Positions 8,944 to 16,808 of a stretch of 24,000 bases of DNA are shown here, piece after piece (the first letter of the stretch is position 1; each line of letters begins with the position of its first letter). The notes under the pieces are model-generated. The model ran no database searches and had not been told where the DNA came from. It worked only from the letters and a program-made list of their open reading frames with translations. A program made the translations under genes and the position numbers. This stretch comes from Leptolyngbya sp. CCNP1308 (GTDB lineage Bacteria; Cyanobacteriota; Cyanobacteriia; Phormidesmidales; Phormidesmidaceae): NCBI RefSeq assembly GCF_034932455.1, contig NZ_JAYGIH010000002.1, positions 46,624 through 70,623 of the forward strand, in the 5' to 3' direction.

Positions 8944-9404
8944 AAACGGGTAGAAATGAGATACGCCTGAGAACAATCTGTCTACTTACGCACGGGCGGT
9001 AGGCTAGCTTTCCGATTCTCCCTAAACATCTCGATTGCTCGGGCTATAAGCCTTAGCCGACGACTAATCCCCTTGAGCGGGAATGTCTAGGTTCACCTAG
9101 CGGTGAGTATTGGTAGGTATGAATTAAGTGAGTTGAGACTCGTATAACTACCTAATCTAAATCTAAATAGATGCTTAAACCCTTTACGCAAGCATATCCT
9201 ATGGAAGCAGGACCGAGGGGAAGACCGTTGAGCTGTCTGGCACTGTCTTAATAATGATGACGATTCTGTAATGCCTCAGGCTTCTTCGGGAACTTACTAT
9301 CGCTATAGTGTTCCCTCGGATTGCCGGCTCAGACTCATAGTCTGTCTGACTCCTGCGCTAGTTCCCCAAAATAGGATCAATTTGACGATAGATAAGATTT
9401 ATTG

Positions 9405-9446
9405 ACGAAAAAAGGGCCGATATATGAGTATATCAGCCCTTTTTCT
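9405..9446 (-). terminator. Rho-independent terminator downstream of ndhJ (structurally bidirectional)
   Basis: AAGGGCCGATATA (9412-9424), loop TGAG, then TATATCAGCCCTT (9429-9441): a 13-bp stem with one mismatch. It is flanked by an A-run upstream and a T-run downstream. On the minus strand the stem is followed by TTTTTTCG. It lies about 175 nt after the ndhJ stop. Confidence 0.7.
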
Positions 9447-9619
9447 GCGATTGGCAGACGCTTTGATAGGTTTTCACCGCCTGATTCGTCAAGCTTTTCA
9501 GGCAATTTACTCTCCCTAATGCATCGAATCAGTAGATATACTCACACAGTGCGGAGAGAATACTAGAGAGCAGCACTAACACTACTCTGTATCTTCACAG
9601 AATCACTAAGTTTAGGATC

Positions 9620-10171
9620 TCAATAAGCATCCTGAAGTTCATAGAAGTCAGGGGAAATATAGTCTTTGCGAAGCGGCCAGCCGACCCAGTCTTCAGGCAT
9701 GAGTAGCCGCTTTAGATTGGGATGGCCTTCGTAAACAATGCCGTACATGTCATAGCTTTCTCGCTCTTGCCAATCGGCTGCCTTCCAAACCCAGTACACC
9801 GAGGGGACTCGGGGATTGCTGCGAGACAACGACACCTTGACTCTGACCTCTTCGAGTTTGTCAACCTGATCGTCTAACTTTACCAGGTGGTAAAAGCTGA
9901 CCAAATCTTTGCCCGGACCCTCATCGTATGCACCTTGGCATTGAAGGTAGTTAAAGCCGTAGGCATACAGAGCTGTACAAATTGGGATCAGGAACTGTGG
10001 CTCTACCTCGATAATCTCAACGCCTAGGTGATCGCGGGGCGCCAACTGGTGGGCAAACCCGTTTTCGGTTAACCAGCTAGAAACAACGCCTGCTTCTGCC
10101 AGAGAAGCGGTCGGCTCTTCACCCGTAGACGCTGGCTGCGGAGATGGCGTTTGAGAGTCTTCTTCAGCCAT
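9620..10171 (-). CDS. ndhJ: NAD(P)H-quinone oxidoreductase (NDH-1) subunit J
   Basis: 183 aa with typical NdhJ/NuoC-like sequence: LTENGF...[22 protein letters not shown]...VSFYHL...[38 protein letters not shown]. It is the third gene of an ndhC-K-J arrangement, starting 2 nt after the ndhK stop. Confidence 0.95.
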   Translation of the reverse strand: MAEEDSQTPSPQPASTGEEPTASLAEAGVVSSWLTENGFAHQLAPRDHLGVEIIEVEPQFLIPICTALYAYGFNYLQCQGAYDEGPGKDLVSFYHLVKLDDQVDKLEEVRVKVSLSRSNPRVPSVYWVWKAADWQERESYDMYGIVYEGHPNLKRLLMPEDWVGWPLRKDYISPDFYELQDAY

Positions 10172-10173
10172 AT

Positions 10174-10917
10174 TTAGACCTCCTTATTCTCGGGAGTAAG
10201 CTCGGCAACGGTATCAGACATGGGCATCCCCATCGCTTCCATCAGCTCTTTGGGGGGCACTGTGTGAGTGCCGGTTTGCAAGTACTGACCCGTCAAGATT
10301 GGGGGCACTGATTTGAGCTGGTGGCTGCGTTCGTAGAAACGGTGGGTTTGCAGGGTATATGCCCTATCCTGCATAGACTCTGTGGCTACCTTTTTCCTAA
10401 GCTTGATAATGGCGTCAATAATAGCCTCGGGCCTTGGAGGACAACCCGGAATGTAGACATCCACAGGAATTAGCTTATCAACCCCTCGTACCGCTGAAGG
10501 AGAATCGCTGCTGAACATGCCACCGGTAATAGTACAAGCTCCCATGGCGATGACGTATTTCGGATCAGGCATTTGCTCATAGAGCCTAACCAAAGCAGGG
10601 GCCATTTTCATGGTTACGGTGCCAGCGGTAATGATCAAATCGGCCTGGCGAGGACTGGCTCTTGGCAGTAACCCAAAGCGGTCGAAGTCAAAACGGGAGC
10701 CGATTAGCGCTGCAAACTCAATGAAGCAGCAGGCCGTGCCATAGAGTAAGGGAAACAGGCTGGACAACCGGCACCAGTTGTACAGATCGTCGACTGTGGT
10801 CAAAATGACGTTCTCAGACAGCCCATGGGTAATTGTGGGAGGTGCTGAAGGGTTGGCGAGCCTTTCCCCAGGGGCCAGGGAAAGCTTATCAGCAGCTGAG
10901 GGGGGATTCATGACCAT
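10174..10917 (-). CDS. ndhK: NDH-1 subunit K (NuoB-like, Fe-S cluster N2 carrier)
   Basis: NuoB/NdhK motifs are present: [45 protein letters not shown] and [14 protein letters not shown]. The start is ATG 10917 or ATG 10911 (MVMNPP/MNPP), overlapping the ndhC stop in an ATGA arrangement. The track's 348-aa version runs about 100 codons further upstream through ndhC in another frame and was not used. Confidence 0.95.
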   Translation of the reverse strand: MVMNPPSAADKLSLAPGERLANPSAPPTITHGLSENVILTTVDDLYNWCRLSSLFPLLYGTACCFIEFAALIGSRFDFDRFGLLPRASPRQADLIITAGTVTMKMAPALVRLYEQMPDPKYVIAMGACTITGGMFSSDSPSAVRGVDKLIPVDVYIPGCPPRPEAIIDAIIKLRKKVATESMQDRAYTLQTHRFYERSHQLKSVPPILTGQYLQTGTHTVPPKELMEAMGMPMSDTVAELTPENKEV

Positions 10918-11270
10918 TCCAAGGCTCCTTTGCGCCATGCGTACACAAGACCGATGACTAAGATGGCGATAAAAATTAGTGCTTCCACAAAGGCTAATAG
11001 GCCCAACTGGTTGAACGCTACCGCCCACGGATACAAAAACACAGTTTCCACATCGAAGATGACAAAGACCAGCGCAAACATATAGTAACGAATGTTGAAC
11101 TGAATCCATGCGCCACCAATGGGCTCCATGCCCGATTCGTAGGTGGTTCTGCGGGCAGGCCCTCGGCTGATGGGTCGCAGCAGCTTGGAGGCAGTCAAGG
11201 CCGCTACTGGCACCAGGCAAGATATGAGTAAGAAGACTAGGAAATATTCGTAACCGGATAAGACGAACAC
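10908..11270 (-). CDS. ndhC: NDH-1 subunit 3 (NdhC / NuoA-like)
   Basis: 120 aa with a GTG start. The sequence is canonical cyanobacterial NdhC: [33 protein letters not shown]...[40 protein letters not shown]. Confidence 0.95.
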   Translation of the reverse strand: MFVLSGYEYFLVFLLISCLVPVAALTASKLLRPISRGPARRTTYESGMEPIGGAWIQFNIRYYMFALVFVIFDVETVFLYPWAVAFNQLGLLAFVEALIFIAILVIGLVYAWRKGALEWS

Positions 11271-11583
11271 AGGTTCACCACCCTAGAAGGCTAGTACACA
11301 CAGCACAGTTGGAGGCTCAGCGGCCCATGCGCTTCAGGTGTATTCTAAGGCAATTTAGCTGAAAAACCAGGGGCAGAGTTGATTTAGCGAAGGGCGATGG
11401 CAGCGGTGCTGTGCGATCGCCAAACCCAATCTGAGGGGTCGCTCGAAAGCTGGATACCCCAACTGTGTCATAATTGTTTACAACGAGCATTTTTACCCTG
11501 CGTAGGCTGGTGAGGTGTTCGCGGCTATCTGGGACTGCCGATTGCCCCAGCTAACTCCTGCTGAACTAAGGTGCCTTGATCCT

Positions 11584-12021
11584 ATGAGTGTTGAGCCTGA
11601 GCCTTCGGCTAATTCATCTGAATCTGCAGATTTAGCGACCACGCCTGAGGGACCTGAGGGAGCTGAGGTTTTTGAGGGCAGCCCGTCTGAGGTAGTGGTT
11701 CTCTCCCCTGAGGAGATGGATTGCTATGAGTGCCGTTCCTGCGGCTACTCCTATGAGCCGGTCAAGGGAGACAGCCGAGCAAAAGTGCCTCAGGGTACTG
11801 CTTTTGAAGATTTACCCCTGAACTGGCGCTGTCCAGTGTGCAGCGCGCCTAAAAAGAGGTTTGCCAATATTGGGCCGATTAATGCTCCCTCTGGTTTTAA
11901 GGAAAACTTGAACTACGGCCTGGGCGTAAATCGGTTGACCCCCAGTCAGAAGAATATTTTAATTTTTGGTGCCTTGGCTGTAGGGTTCATGTTTTTCATT
12001 AGCCTTTATGGCTTGAGGTAG
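11584..12021 (+). CDS. rubA: Membrane-anchored rubredoxin RubA (photosystem II assembly-associated)
   Basis: The rubredoxin core is YECRSCGYSYEP...NWRCPVCSAPKKRF (two CxxC pairs). It is followed by the conserved linker GFKENLNYGLGVNRLTPSQKN and a C-terminal TM helix ILIFGALAVGFMFFISLYGL. It occupies the conserved position upstream of ycf48-psbEFLJ. I used ATG 11584; the track opens at GTG 11515. Confidence 0.9.
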   Translation: MSVEPEPSANSSESADLATTPEGPEGAEVFEGSPSEVVVLSPEEMDCYECRSCGYSYEPVKGDSRAKVPQGTAFEDLPLNWRCPVCSAPKKRFANIGPINAPSGFKENLNYGLGVNRLTPSQKNILIFGALAVGFMFFISLYGLR

Positions 12022-12115
12022 CTAGGGGCGCTGCTTAGTCGTGCCTCAACGCACAGGGCTTGCTCTGGTGAAATTGGCTTAAGTGTTGTTTAGGAAGTAC
12101 AGGTTTTAATTATCT

Positions 12116-13120
12116 ATGCACGCTGCGTTTGACTGGTTAAAGCGAGGCCTGGTGATACTGGTGGCGGTGGTTCTAACAACCGGCTGCTCTGGCTATTTTT
12201 TGGCGGACGCAGACGTGCACCCTTGGGAAGTGATCCAGGTGCCGGTGGAGTCTACGCTATCTGACATTGCGTTTACGCAAGATGCTGACCACGGATGGAT
12301 CGTAGGTAGCCGCAACACCCTGCTAGAAACCCAGGACGGCGGCAGCACCTGGCAAGTGCGCGAGCTGGCCCTAGAAGACCAGGCCTATACATTTACCTCC
12401 ATTGATTTTTCAGGCAATGAGGGATGGGTCGCTGGGCTACCGTCGGTACTCTTGCACACCAGCGACGGTGGCAAGACCTGGGAAAGCGTTCCCTTGAGCA
12501 AAGAGTTGCCGGGTTCCCCCTTTCTGGTGACGGCTGTGGGCAATAAGTCGGCAGAGATGGCTACTGATATTGGTGCGATCTACCGCACTGAGGACGGAGG
12601 CCGCACCTGGAAAGCCTTAGTGCAGGGTGCTGTCGGGGTGGTGCGCAATATGGTGCGTTCTGACGATGGCCGGTATGTAGCGGTGTCGTCTCGAGGAAAT
12701 TTTTATTCAACTTGGGCACCTGGCCAGGAGCAGTGGATTCCCCACAATCGCCAGAACTCAAGGCGTCTGCAGAATATGGGATTTGACGATGACGGCAAGC
12801 TCTGGGTGATTGCCCGCGGTGGCCAGGTGAGGTTTTCTAACTCTCGCTCCTCAGATGACTTTACCGAAGCTCTCAGCCCTGAATTTGGTACGAGCTGGGG
12901 ACTGCTGGACATGGCTTTTCGCACCGCCAATGAGATATGGATAACTGGCGGTGGCGGAAATCTGCTCTGTAGCTTTGACGGTGGCGAGACTTGGTTGAAG
13001 GATAAATCTGTTGGGGATGTGCCCTCTAACTTCTACAGAGTGAAGTTTTTGGGGCCAGAGAAGGGCTTTATCCTAGGTCAGGAGGGCACCATCCTGAAAT
13101 ATCAGCCCCAGGCTGTCTGA
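12116..13120 (+). CDS. ycf48: Photosystem II assembly factor Ycf48 (HCF136 homologue), lipoprotein
   Basis: 334 aa with a signal peptide and lipobox LTTGCSG. It has repeated beta-propeller DGG.TW motifs (QDGGSTWQ, SDGGKTWE, EDGGRTWK, FDGGETW). Its synteny between rubA and psbE is conserved. Confidence 0.95.
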   Translation: MHAAFDWLKRGLVILVAVVLTTGCSGYFLADADVHPWEVIQVPVESTLSDIAFTQDADHGWIVGSRNTLLETQDGGSTWQVRELALEDQAYTFTSIDFSGNEGWVAGLPSVLLHTSDGGKTWESVPLSKELPGSPFLVTAVGNKSAEMATDIGAIYRTEDGGRTWKALVQGAVGVVRNMVRSDDGRYVAVSSRGNFYSTWAPGQEQWIPHNRQNSRRLQNMGFDDDGKLWVIARGGQVRFSNSRSSDDFTEALSPEFGTSWGLLDMAFRTANEIWITGGGGNLLCSFDGGETWLKDKSVGDVPSNFYRVKFLGPEKGFILGQEGTILKYQPQAV

Positions 13121-13217
13121 GGAAAGTTGGGAGAACTTCGCTGAAATAGCTTGTTAGGGTTTCCGGGGTTCTCTATGATTAGATTAGATTCTTCGTGTTC
13201 AGAGAGGAGACGTTGAT

Positions 13218-13466
13218 ATGGCAGGTTCTACAGGTGAGCGCCCCTTCGGCGACATTGTGACGAGTGTTCGCTATTGGATTATCCATAGCATTACCATTCC
13301 TATGCTGTTTATTGCGGGCTGGCTCTTCGTGAGCACGGGCTTGGCCTATGATGCCTTTGGCACGCCGCGCCCTAACTCCTACTATCCCGACAATCAAATG
13401 CAGCTGCCGATTGTGAGCGATCGCTTCGAAGCGAAAGATCAGATCGACATGTTCTCAAATCGATAA
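13218..13466 (+). CDS. psbE: Cytochrome b559 alpha subunit
   Basis: 82 aa: [52 protein letters not shown]... The haem-ligand His lies in the [10 protein letters not shown] context, and a GAGGAG RBS sits upstream. Confidence 0.97.
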   Translation: MAGSTGERPFGDIVTSVRYWIIHSITIPMLFIAGWLFVSTGLAYDAFGTPRPNSYYPDNQMQLPIVSDRFEAKDQIDMFSNR

Positions 13467-13497
13467 CGCTTTAGTATTCCAACGTTTGATTGAACCT

Positions 13498-13632
13498 ATG
13501 CAAAGCAATTCTCCGAACGAGCAAATTACCTACCCCATCTTCACGGTGCGCTGGTTGGCCGTGCACACCCTAGGGGTACCCAGCGTATTTTTCCTGGGGG
13601 CGATCGCGGCAATGCAGTTTATTCAACGATAA
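13498..13632 (+). CDS. psbF: Cytochrome b559 beta subunit
   Basis: Not in the ORF track (44 aa). Hand translation gives [44 protein letters not shown], ending at TAA 13630-13632. The sequence is canonical PsbF. Confidence 0.95.
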   Translation: MQSNSPNEQITYPIFTVRWLAVHTLGVPSVFFLGAIAAMQFIQR

Positions 13633-13641
13633 GAGAAAACC

Positions 13642-13761
13642 ATGGATCGTAGTCCAAACCCGAATAAGCAACCGGTAGAGCTGAACCGCACGTCCCTATA
13701 CCTGGGCCTGCTTCTGGTCTTCGTGCTGGGTCTGCTGTTCTCTAGCTACTTCTTTAACTAA
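13642..13761 (+). CDS. psbL: Photosystem II protein L
   Basis: Not in the ORF track (39 aa). Hand translation gives [39 protein letters not shown], ending at TAA 13759-13761. Confidence 0.95.
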   Translation: MDRSPNPNKQPVELNRTSLYLGLLLVFVLGLLFSSYFFN

Positions 13762-13843
13762 GGTCACAGAGCTGCCTTGGTTGGCAGGTTGTGGTGTCCA
13801 GGCTGTGTTGAGTTTCTGACCAGATTAGTAGGAGGTGAATATT

Positions 13844-13963
13844 ATGCTTCAGAGTGGACGAATTCCGTTGTGGATTGTGGCAACCGTCGCTGGCACAGGT
13901 GTGCTGGTGGTAGTGGGTTTGTTTTTCTACGGAGCCTATGCTGGCGTTGGGTCTGCTATGTAG
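13844..13963 (+). CDS. psbJ: Photosystem II protein J
   Basis: Not in the ORF track (39 aa). Hand translation gives [39 protein letters not shown], ending at TAG 13961-13963. An AGGAGG RBS lies at about 13830-13835. Confidence 0.95.
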   Translation: MLQSGRIPLWIVATVAGTGVLVVVGLFFYGAYAGVGSAM

Positions 13964-13989
13964 CGGCTCTAGGCAATTCTAAATTAGAG

Positions 13990-14031
13990 GCTGGGGAAAA
14001 GTGGGCTATGGCCGCTTTTCCCCAGCTTTTT
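13990..14031 (+). terminator. Rho-independent terminator of the psbEFLJ operon
   Basis: GCTGGGGAAAAG (13990-14001) pairs with CTTTTCCCCAGC (14015-14026) and is followed by TTTTT. It starts 27 nt after the psbJ stop. Confidence 0.75.
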
Positions 14032-14050
14032 AGTGGGTTTAGGGAGTCAG

Positions 14051-14734
14051 CTATAGGTGATCGATGGCGCTGACGTAGCGCTGCACTAAGCTGTCAATGC
14101 CAGTAATGGCGGTGCCCACGACGACAGCGTGGGCACCCAGATCAAGGGCTTGCCGGGCTTGCTCTGGGGAGGCGATGCCGCCTTCACAGATGATCGGCAC
14201 GGAGCATTGCTGCACCATGGCTTGGAGCAGGTCGAACCCCGGTGGAGCTTCGGTCTTCGTTGCTGCGGTATAGCCAAAGAGCGTGGTGCCGACGCAGTCA
14301 GCTCCGGCATCGATCGCTTTTAGCGCGTTGTCGAGGGTATCGACATCGGCCATGACGAGGCGATTGAGGCGCTGGTGAATGTGCTGAATGATTTGCCTTA
14401 GGGTCTCACCGCTGGGGCGAGGGCGTTGAGTAGCATCGACGGCAATGATGTCGCTGCCGGCCTGGGCCACTGCTTCGGCGTGATGAAACTGAGGGGTGAT
14501 GTACACCTCTGAGGGCGGCATTACTTGCTTCCAGAGACCGATGATGGGGTGACGGCAGCGGCCTCGCACGGCTTGGATGTGGTCAGGGGTATCGATGCGT
14601 ACCCCGACGGCTCCACGGTTGAGGGCGGCCTCGGCCATGGCTGCGATCGCCGCCGCATTGTGTAGGGGCGAGTCAGCAGGGGCCTGGCACGATACGATTA
14701 ACCCGCCCCGCAGTGATTCCAGAATGCTCTTCAA
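14051..14734 (-). CDS. nanE: Putative N-acetylmannosamine-6-phosphate 2-epimerase (NanE family TIM barrel)
   Basis: 227 aa. It begins LRGGLIVSCQAPADSPLH and continues ...IIAVDATQRPRPSGETL...LVMADVDTLDNA...GTTLFGYT...IICEGGIASPEQARQALDLGAHAVVVGTAIT, matching the NanE pattern along its length. The apparent start is TTG at 14734, with GGAG about 12 nt upstream and no nearby in-frame ATG. Confidence 0.8.
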   Translation of the reverse strand: MKSILESLRGGLIVSCQAPADSPLHNAAAIAAMAEAALNRGAVGVRIDTPDHIQAVRGRCRHPIIGLWKQVMPPSEVYITPQFHHAEAVAQAGSDIIAVDATQRPRPSGETLRQIIQHIHQRLNRLVMADVDTLDNALKAIDAGADCVGTTLFGYTAATKTEAPPGFDLLQAMVQQCSVPIICEGGIASPEQARQALDLGAHAVVVGTAITGIDSLVQRYVSAIDHL

Positions 14735-14774
14735 GGTAGGACGTACTCCACAACAGCGCTATCTAGTTTGATCT

Positions 14775-15272
14775 ATGGCAACTCGGATTTCAAAGACCCT
14801 ACTGGTGGCCTCTATTGGGCTACTGGCCTTGGTGATTGTGATCAACAACCTCACCGACTACAACGCCAATTTTAGGTACATTCAGCATGTGCTGAGCATG
14901 GATACTGTGCTTGCAGATAGCCAGTTGACCTGGCGAGCTGTGTCCTCATCAGGCCTACAGAAAGCGGCCTATGGGGCGATTATCGGGGTGGAGACGGCGA
15001 TCGCCGCCCTTTGCCTAGGCGGAGCCCTGCGCCTTCTGAGCGTTGTGAATAGCGATCGCGTCACCTTTAATCGGGCCAAGGCTACGGCCATCTATGGGCT
15101 CACCCTGGCGTTTCTGTTTTGGTTTGTGGGCTTTATGGTGGTGGCCGGGGAGTGGTTCACCATGTGGCAGTCGTTAGAGTGGAATGGGCAGCAGCCCGCC
15201 TTTCGATTTATTGGCTGCGTGGGCTTTGTGCTGCTCTACCTCAGCCTGGCTGACGGCGACTTGCCGGATTAG
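14775..15272 (+). CDS. Small integral membrane protein, DUF2165-like
   Basis: 165 aa with four hydrophobic segments. The N-terminal pattern LLVASIGLLALVIVINNLTDYNANFRYIQHVLSMDT matches my recollection of DUF2165 (predicted small integral membrane protein). It has an ATG start. Confidence 0.7.
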   Translation: MATRISKTLLVASIGLLALVIVINNLTDYNANFRYIQHVLSMDTVLADSQLTWRAVSSSGLQKAAYGAIIGVETAIAALCLGGALRLLSVVNSDRVTFNRAKATAIYGLTLAFLFWFVGFMVVAGEWFTMWQSLEWNGQQPAFRFIGCVGFVLLYLSLADGDLPD

Positions 15273-15332
15273 GTTGGGCTAAAGTGAGGTGATGCCGTCC
15301 ATAACAGCTTTTGAGTTGGGTGAAACCCCTAT

Positions 15333-15932
15333 CTACACCTTGGCCAGCGTTACCTGTTCTGCCTGATCTTGGTATTTGCCGCGACGGGTTTCGTAGCTGA
15401 CCTGGCAGGGCTCGCCCTCAAAGAAAATCAGCTGCACCACCCCCTCGCTTGCATAGATGCGACAGTCTGCACTAGAGGAGTTAGAAAACTCTAGGGTTAG
15501 ATGACCACGCCACCCTGCCTCAGCTGGGGTTAGGTTGGCGATAATGCCACAGCGGGCGTAGGTCGATTTGCCAATACAGATAACGCTGATGTTGTTGGGG
15601 ACGGAAATTTTTTCTAGGGCTACCCCCAACCCGTAGGAATGAGCCGGCAAAATGAAGTAGCTGCCGCTCTCATCGGTTTTAAGCGCCGTGGGTTCTAGGT
15701 TGGCGGGGCTGAAATTTTTAGGGTCAACCACCGTGCCAGGAATATGGCGAAAAATTCTAAACTCCGCAGGAGATAGCCGAATGTCATAGCCATAGGACGA
15801 CAGCCCGTAGCTGATCACCGGTTGCCCTAGAGAAGTGTCAGCGTTCTCCAACTGCCTCACCAGGGAGGGCTGAAACGGCTGAATCATGCCCTCCTTAGCC
15901 ATTTTGTCGATCCAGGCGTCGTTCTTAATCAT
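15333..15932 (-). CDS. dcd: dCTP deaminase
   Basis: 199 aa: MIKNDAWIDKMAKEGMIQPF...SYGYDIRLS...VDPKNF...FILPAHSYGLGVALEKISVP...KSTYARCGII.NLTPAEAGWRGHLTLEFSN. This is typical of the Dcd/dUTPase-fold family. Confidence 0.92.
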   Translation of the reverse strand: MIKNDAWIDKMAKEGMIQPFQPSLVRQLENADTSLGQPVISYGLSSYGYDIRLSPAEFRIFRHIPGTVVDPKNFSPANLEPTALKTDESGSYFILPAHSYGLGVALEKISVPNNISVICIGKSTYARCGIIANLTPAEAGWRGHLTLEFSNSSSADCRIYASEGVVQLIFFEGEPCQVSYETRRGKYQDQAEQVTLAKV

Positions 15933-15951
15933 GGCAAAGCTTCCTGGGTGG

Positions 15952-16506
15952 CTAGGGCAAAAAATTACGGCGAAACTCAGTCACCTGGTCGGCCACCGTA
16001 AGTAGCGGATCGGGCATGTCGGGGCCAGTGAGGATGACATCGACCTGGGGAGGTCGCTGTTTGAGAAAGTCTACAACGTCTTGGGTAGGAATCAGGCCAT
16101 AGTTGATGGCTAGGCTAAGCTCATCGAGCACGATCAGGCCGTAGCGACCTCGGGCTACCACCGCTTTGGTGTGAGACCAAAGGGCTTGAATCGCCTGGTG
16201 CTCGCTGGGGCTGACATCGGAGTCATGGATGCAGCGTGGCATATCGGCACGGATCCAGTCTAGGTTTTGGCCAAACTGCATGGGTTGATCTGGCCCCTGG
16301 TGAATGCCGCCCTTGAGAAATTGCACAATCAGCACGGCCTTGCCCTGGTCGGCGATGCGCAGAGCCTGCACCATGACATTGGTAAAAAAGTTGCGGTGGA
16401 GGGCGGTAAAGACTTGTACGGTGCCTTCTACCGTTTGTAAGAGCGGATGGCGAACGATCGAGGTGGGAGACGGCGCTAGGGAAAGGGGTTTGATCTGAGA
16501 GACCAT
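15952..16506 (-). CDS. CobA/CobO/BtuR-family (corrinoid adenosyltransferase-like) protein with a degenerate P-loop
   Basis: 184 aa. Family-typical segments are present: KAVLIVQFLKGG, GRYGLIVLDELSLAINYGLIPTQDVVDFLKQRPPQVDVILTG and ADQVTEF. Where the family has GNGKGKT(T/S), this protein reads VQVFTALHRNFFTNV. It lies 19 nt upstream of dcd on the same strand. Confidence 0.8.
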   Translation of the reverse strand: MVSQIKPLSLAPSPTSIVRHPLLQTVEGTVQVFTALHRNFFTNVMVQALRIADQGKAVLIVQFLKGGIHQGPDQPMQFGQNLDWIRADMPRCIHDSDVSPSEHQAIQALWSHTKAVVARGRYGLIVLDELSLAINYGLIPTQDVVDFLKQRPPQVDVILTGPDMPDPLLTVADQVTEFRRNFLP

Positions 16507-16808
16507 GGGCTAGTCCAGCGGGGGCAAAGAATGGCAGGTGCCCATCGACTACGCCAAAGATTGTAGCAGCGTTGCGCTACGTTGCTGAGTTGGGTAGCTC
16601 GGATGGCTGGGCTAAATATAGCGTGATTCCTCCTAGGTGAATCGACAAATTACTCTATATGCATTGGTCAAGTGCATATGTACTGAAGCTTGCTCCTGGT
16701 GGCCCGGCTTCATCGGCCATGCCCTAATACCTGATCCTGAGGGAGATCGAAAGCCAACCTGTCTTGGGGAGTCTGCTGTATTCTAGGGAGGGCATTAGGG
16801 GCACTTGT

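Noticed and set aside
9154-9169. A short tandem AATCTA x2.5.
   Set aside because: It is too short to be a meaningful repeat array and is mentioned only as part of the long spacer.
10918-11220. The ndhK reading frame stays open about 100 codons upstream of the NdhK homology, overlapping almost all of ndhC in another frame (the track's 348-aa ORF).
   Set aside because: NdhK/NuoB similarity starts only at MVMNPP. The extension ([27 protein letters not shown]...) is Cys/His/Arg-rich, like out-of-frame translation. The ATG at 10917/10911 overlaps the ndhC stop in the common ATGA coupling arrangement. An overprinted N-terminal extension cannot be excluded without proteomics but is unsupported.
13777-14073. 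A 98-aa ORF on the + strand.
   Set aside because: It overlaps psbJ in a different frame and reads through the operon terminator hairpin. It has no recognisable motif.
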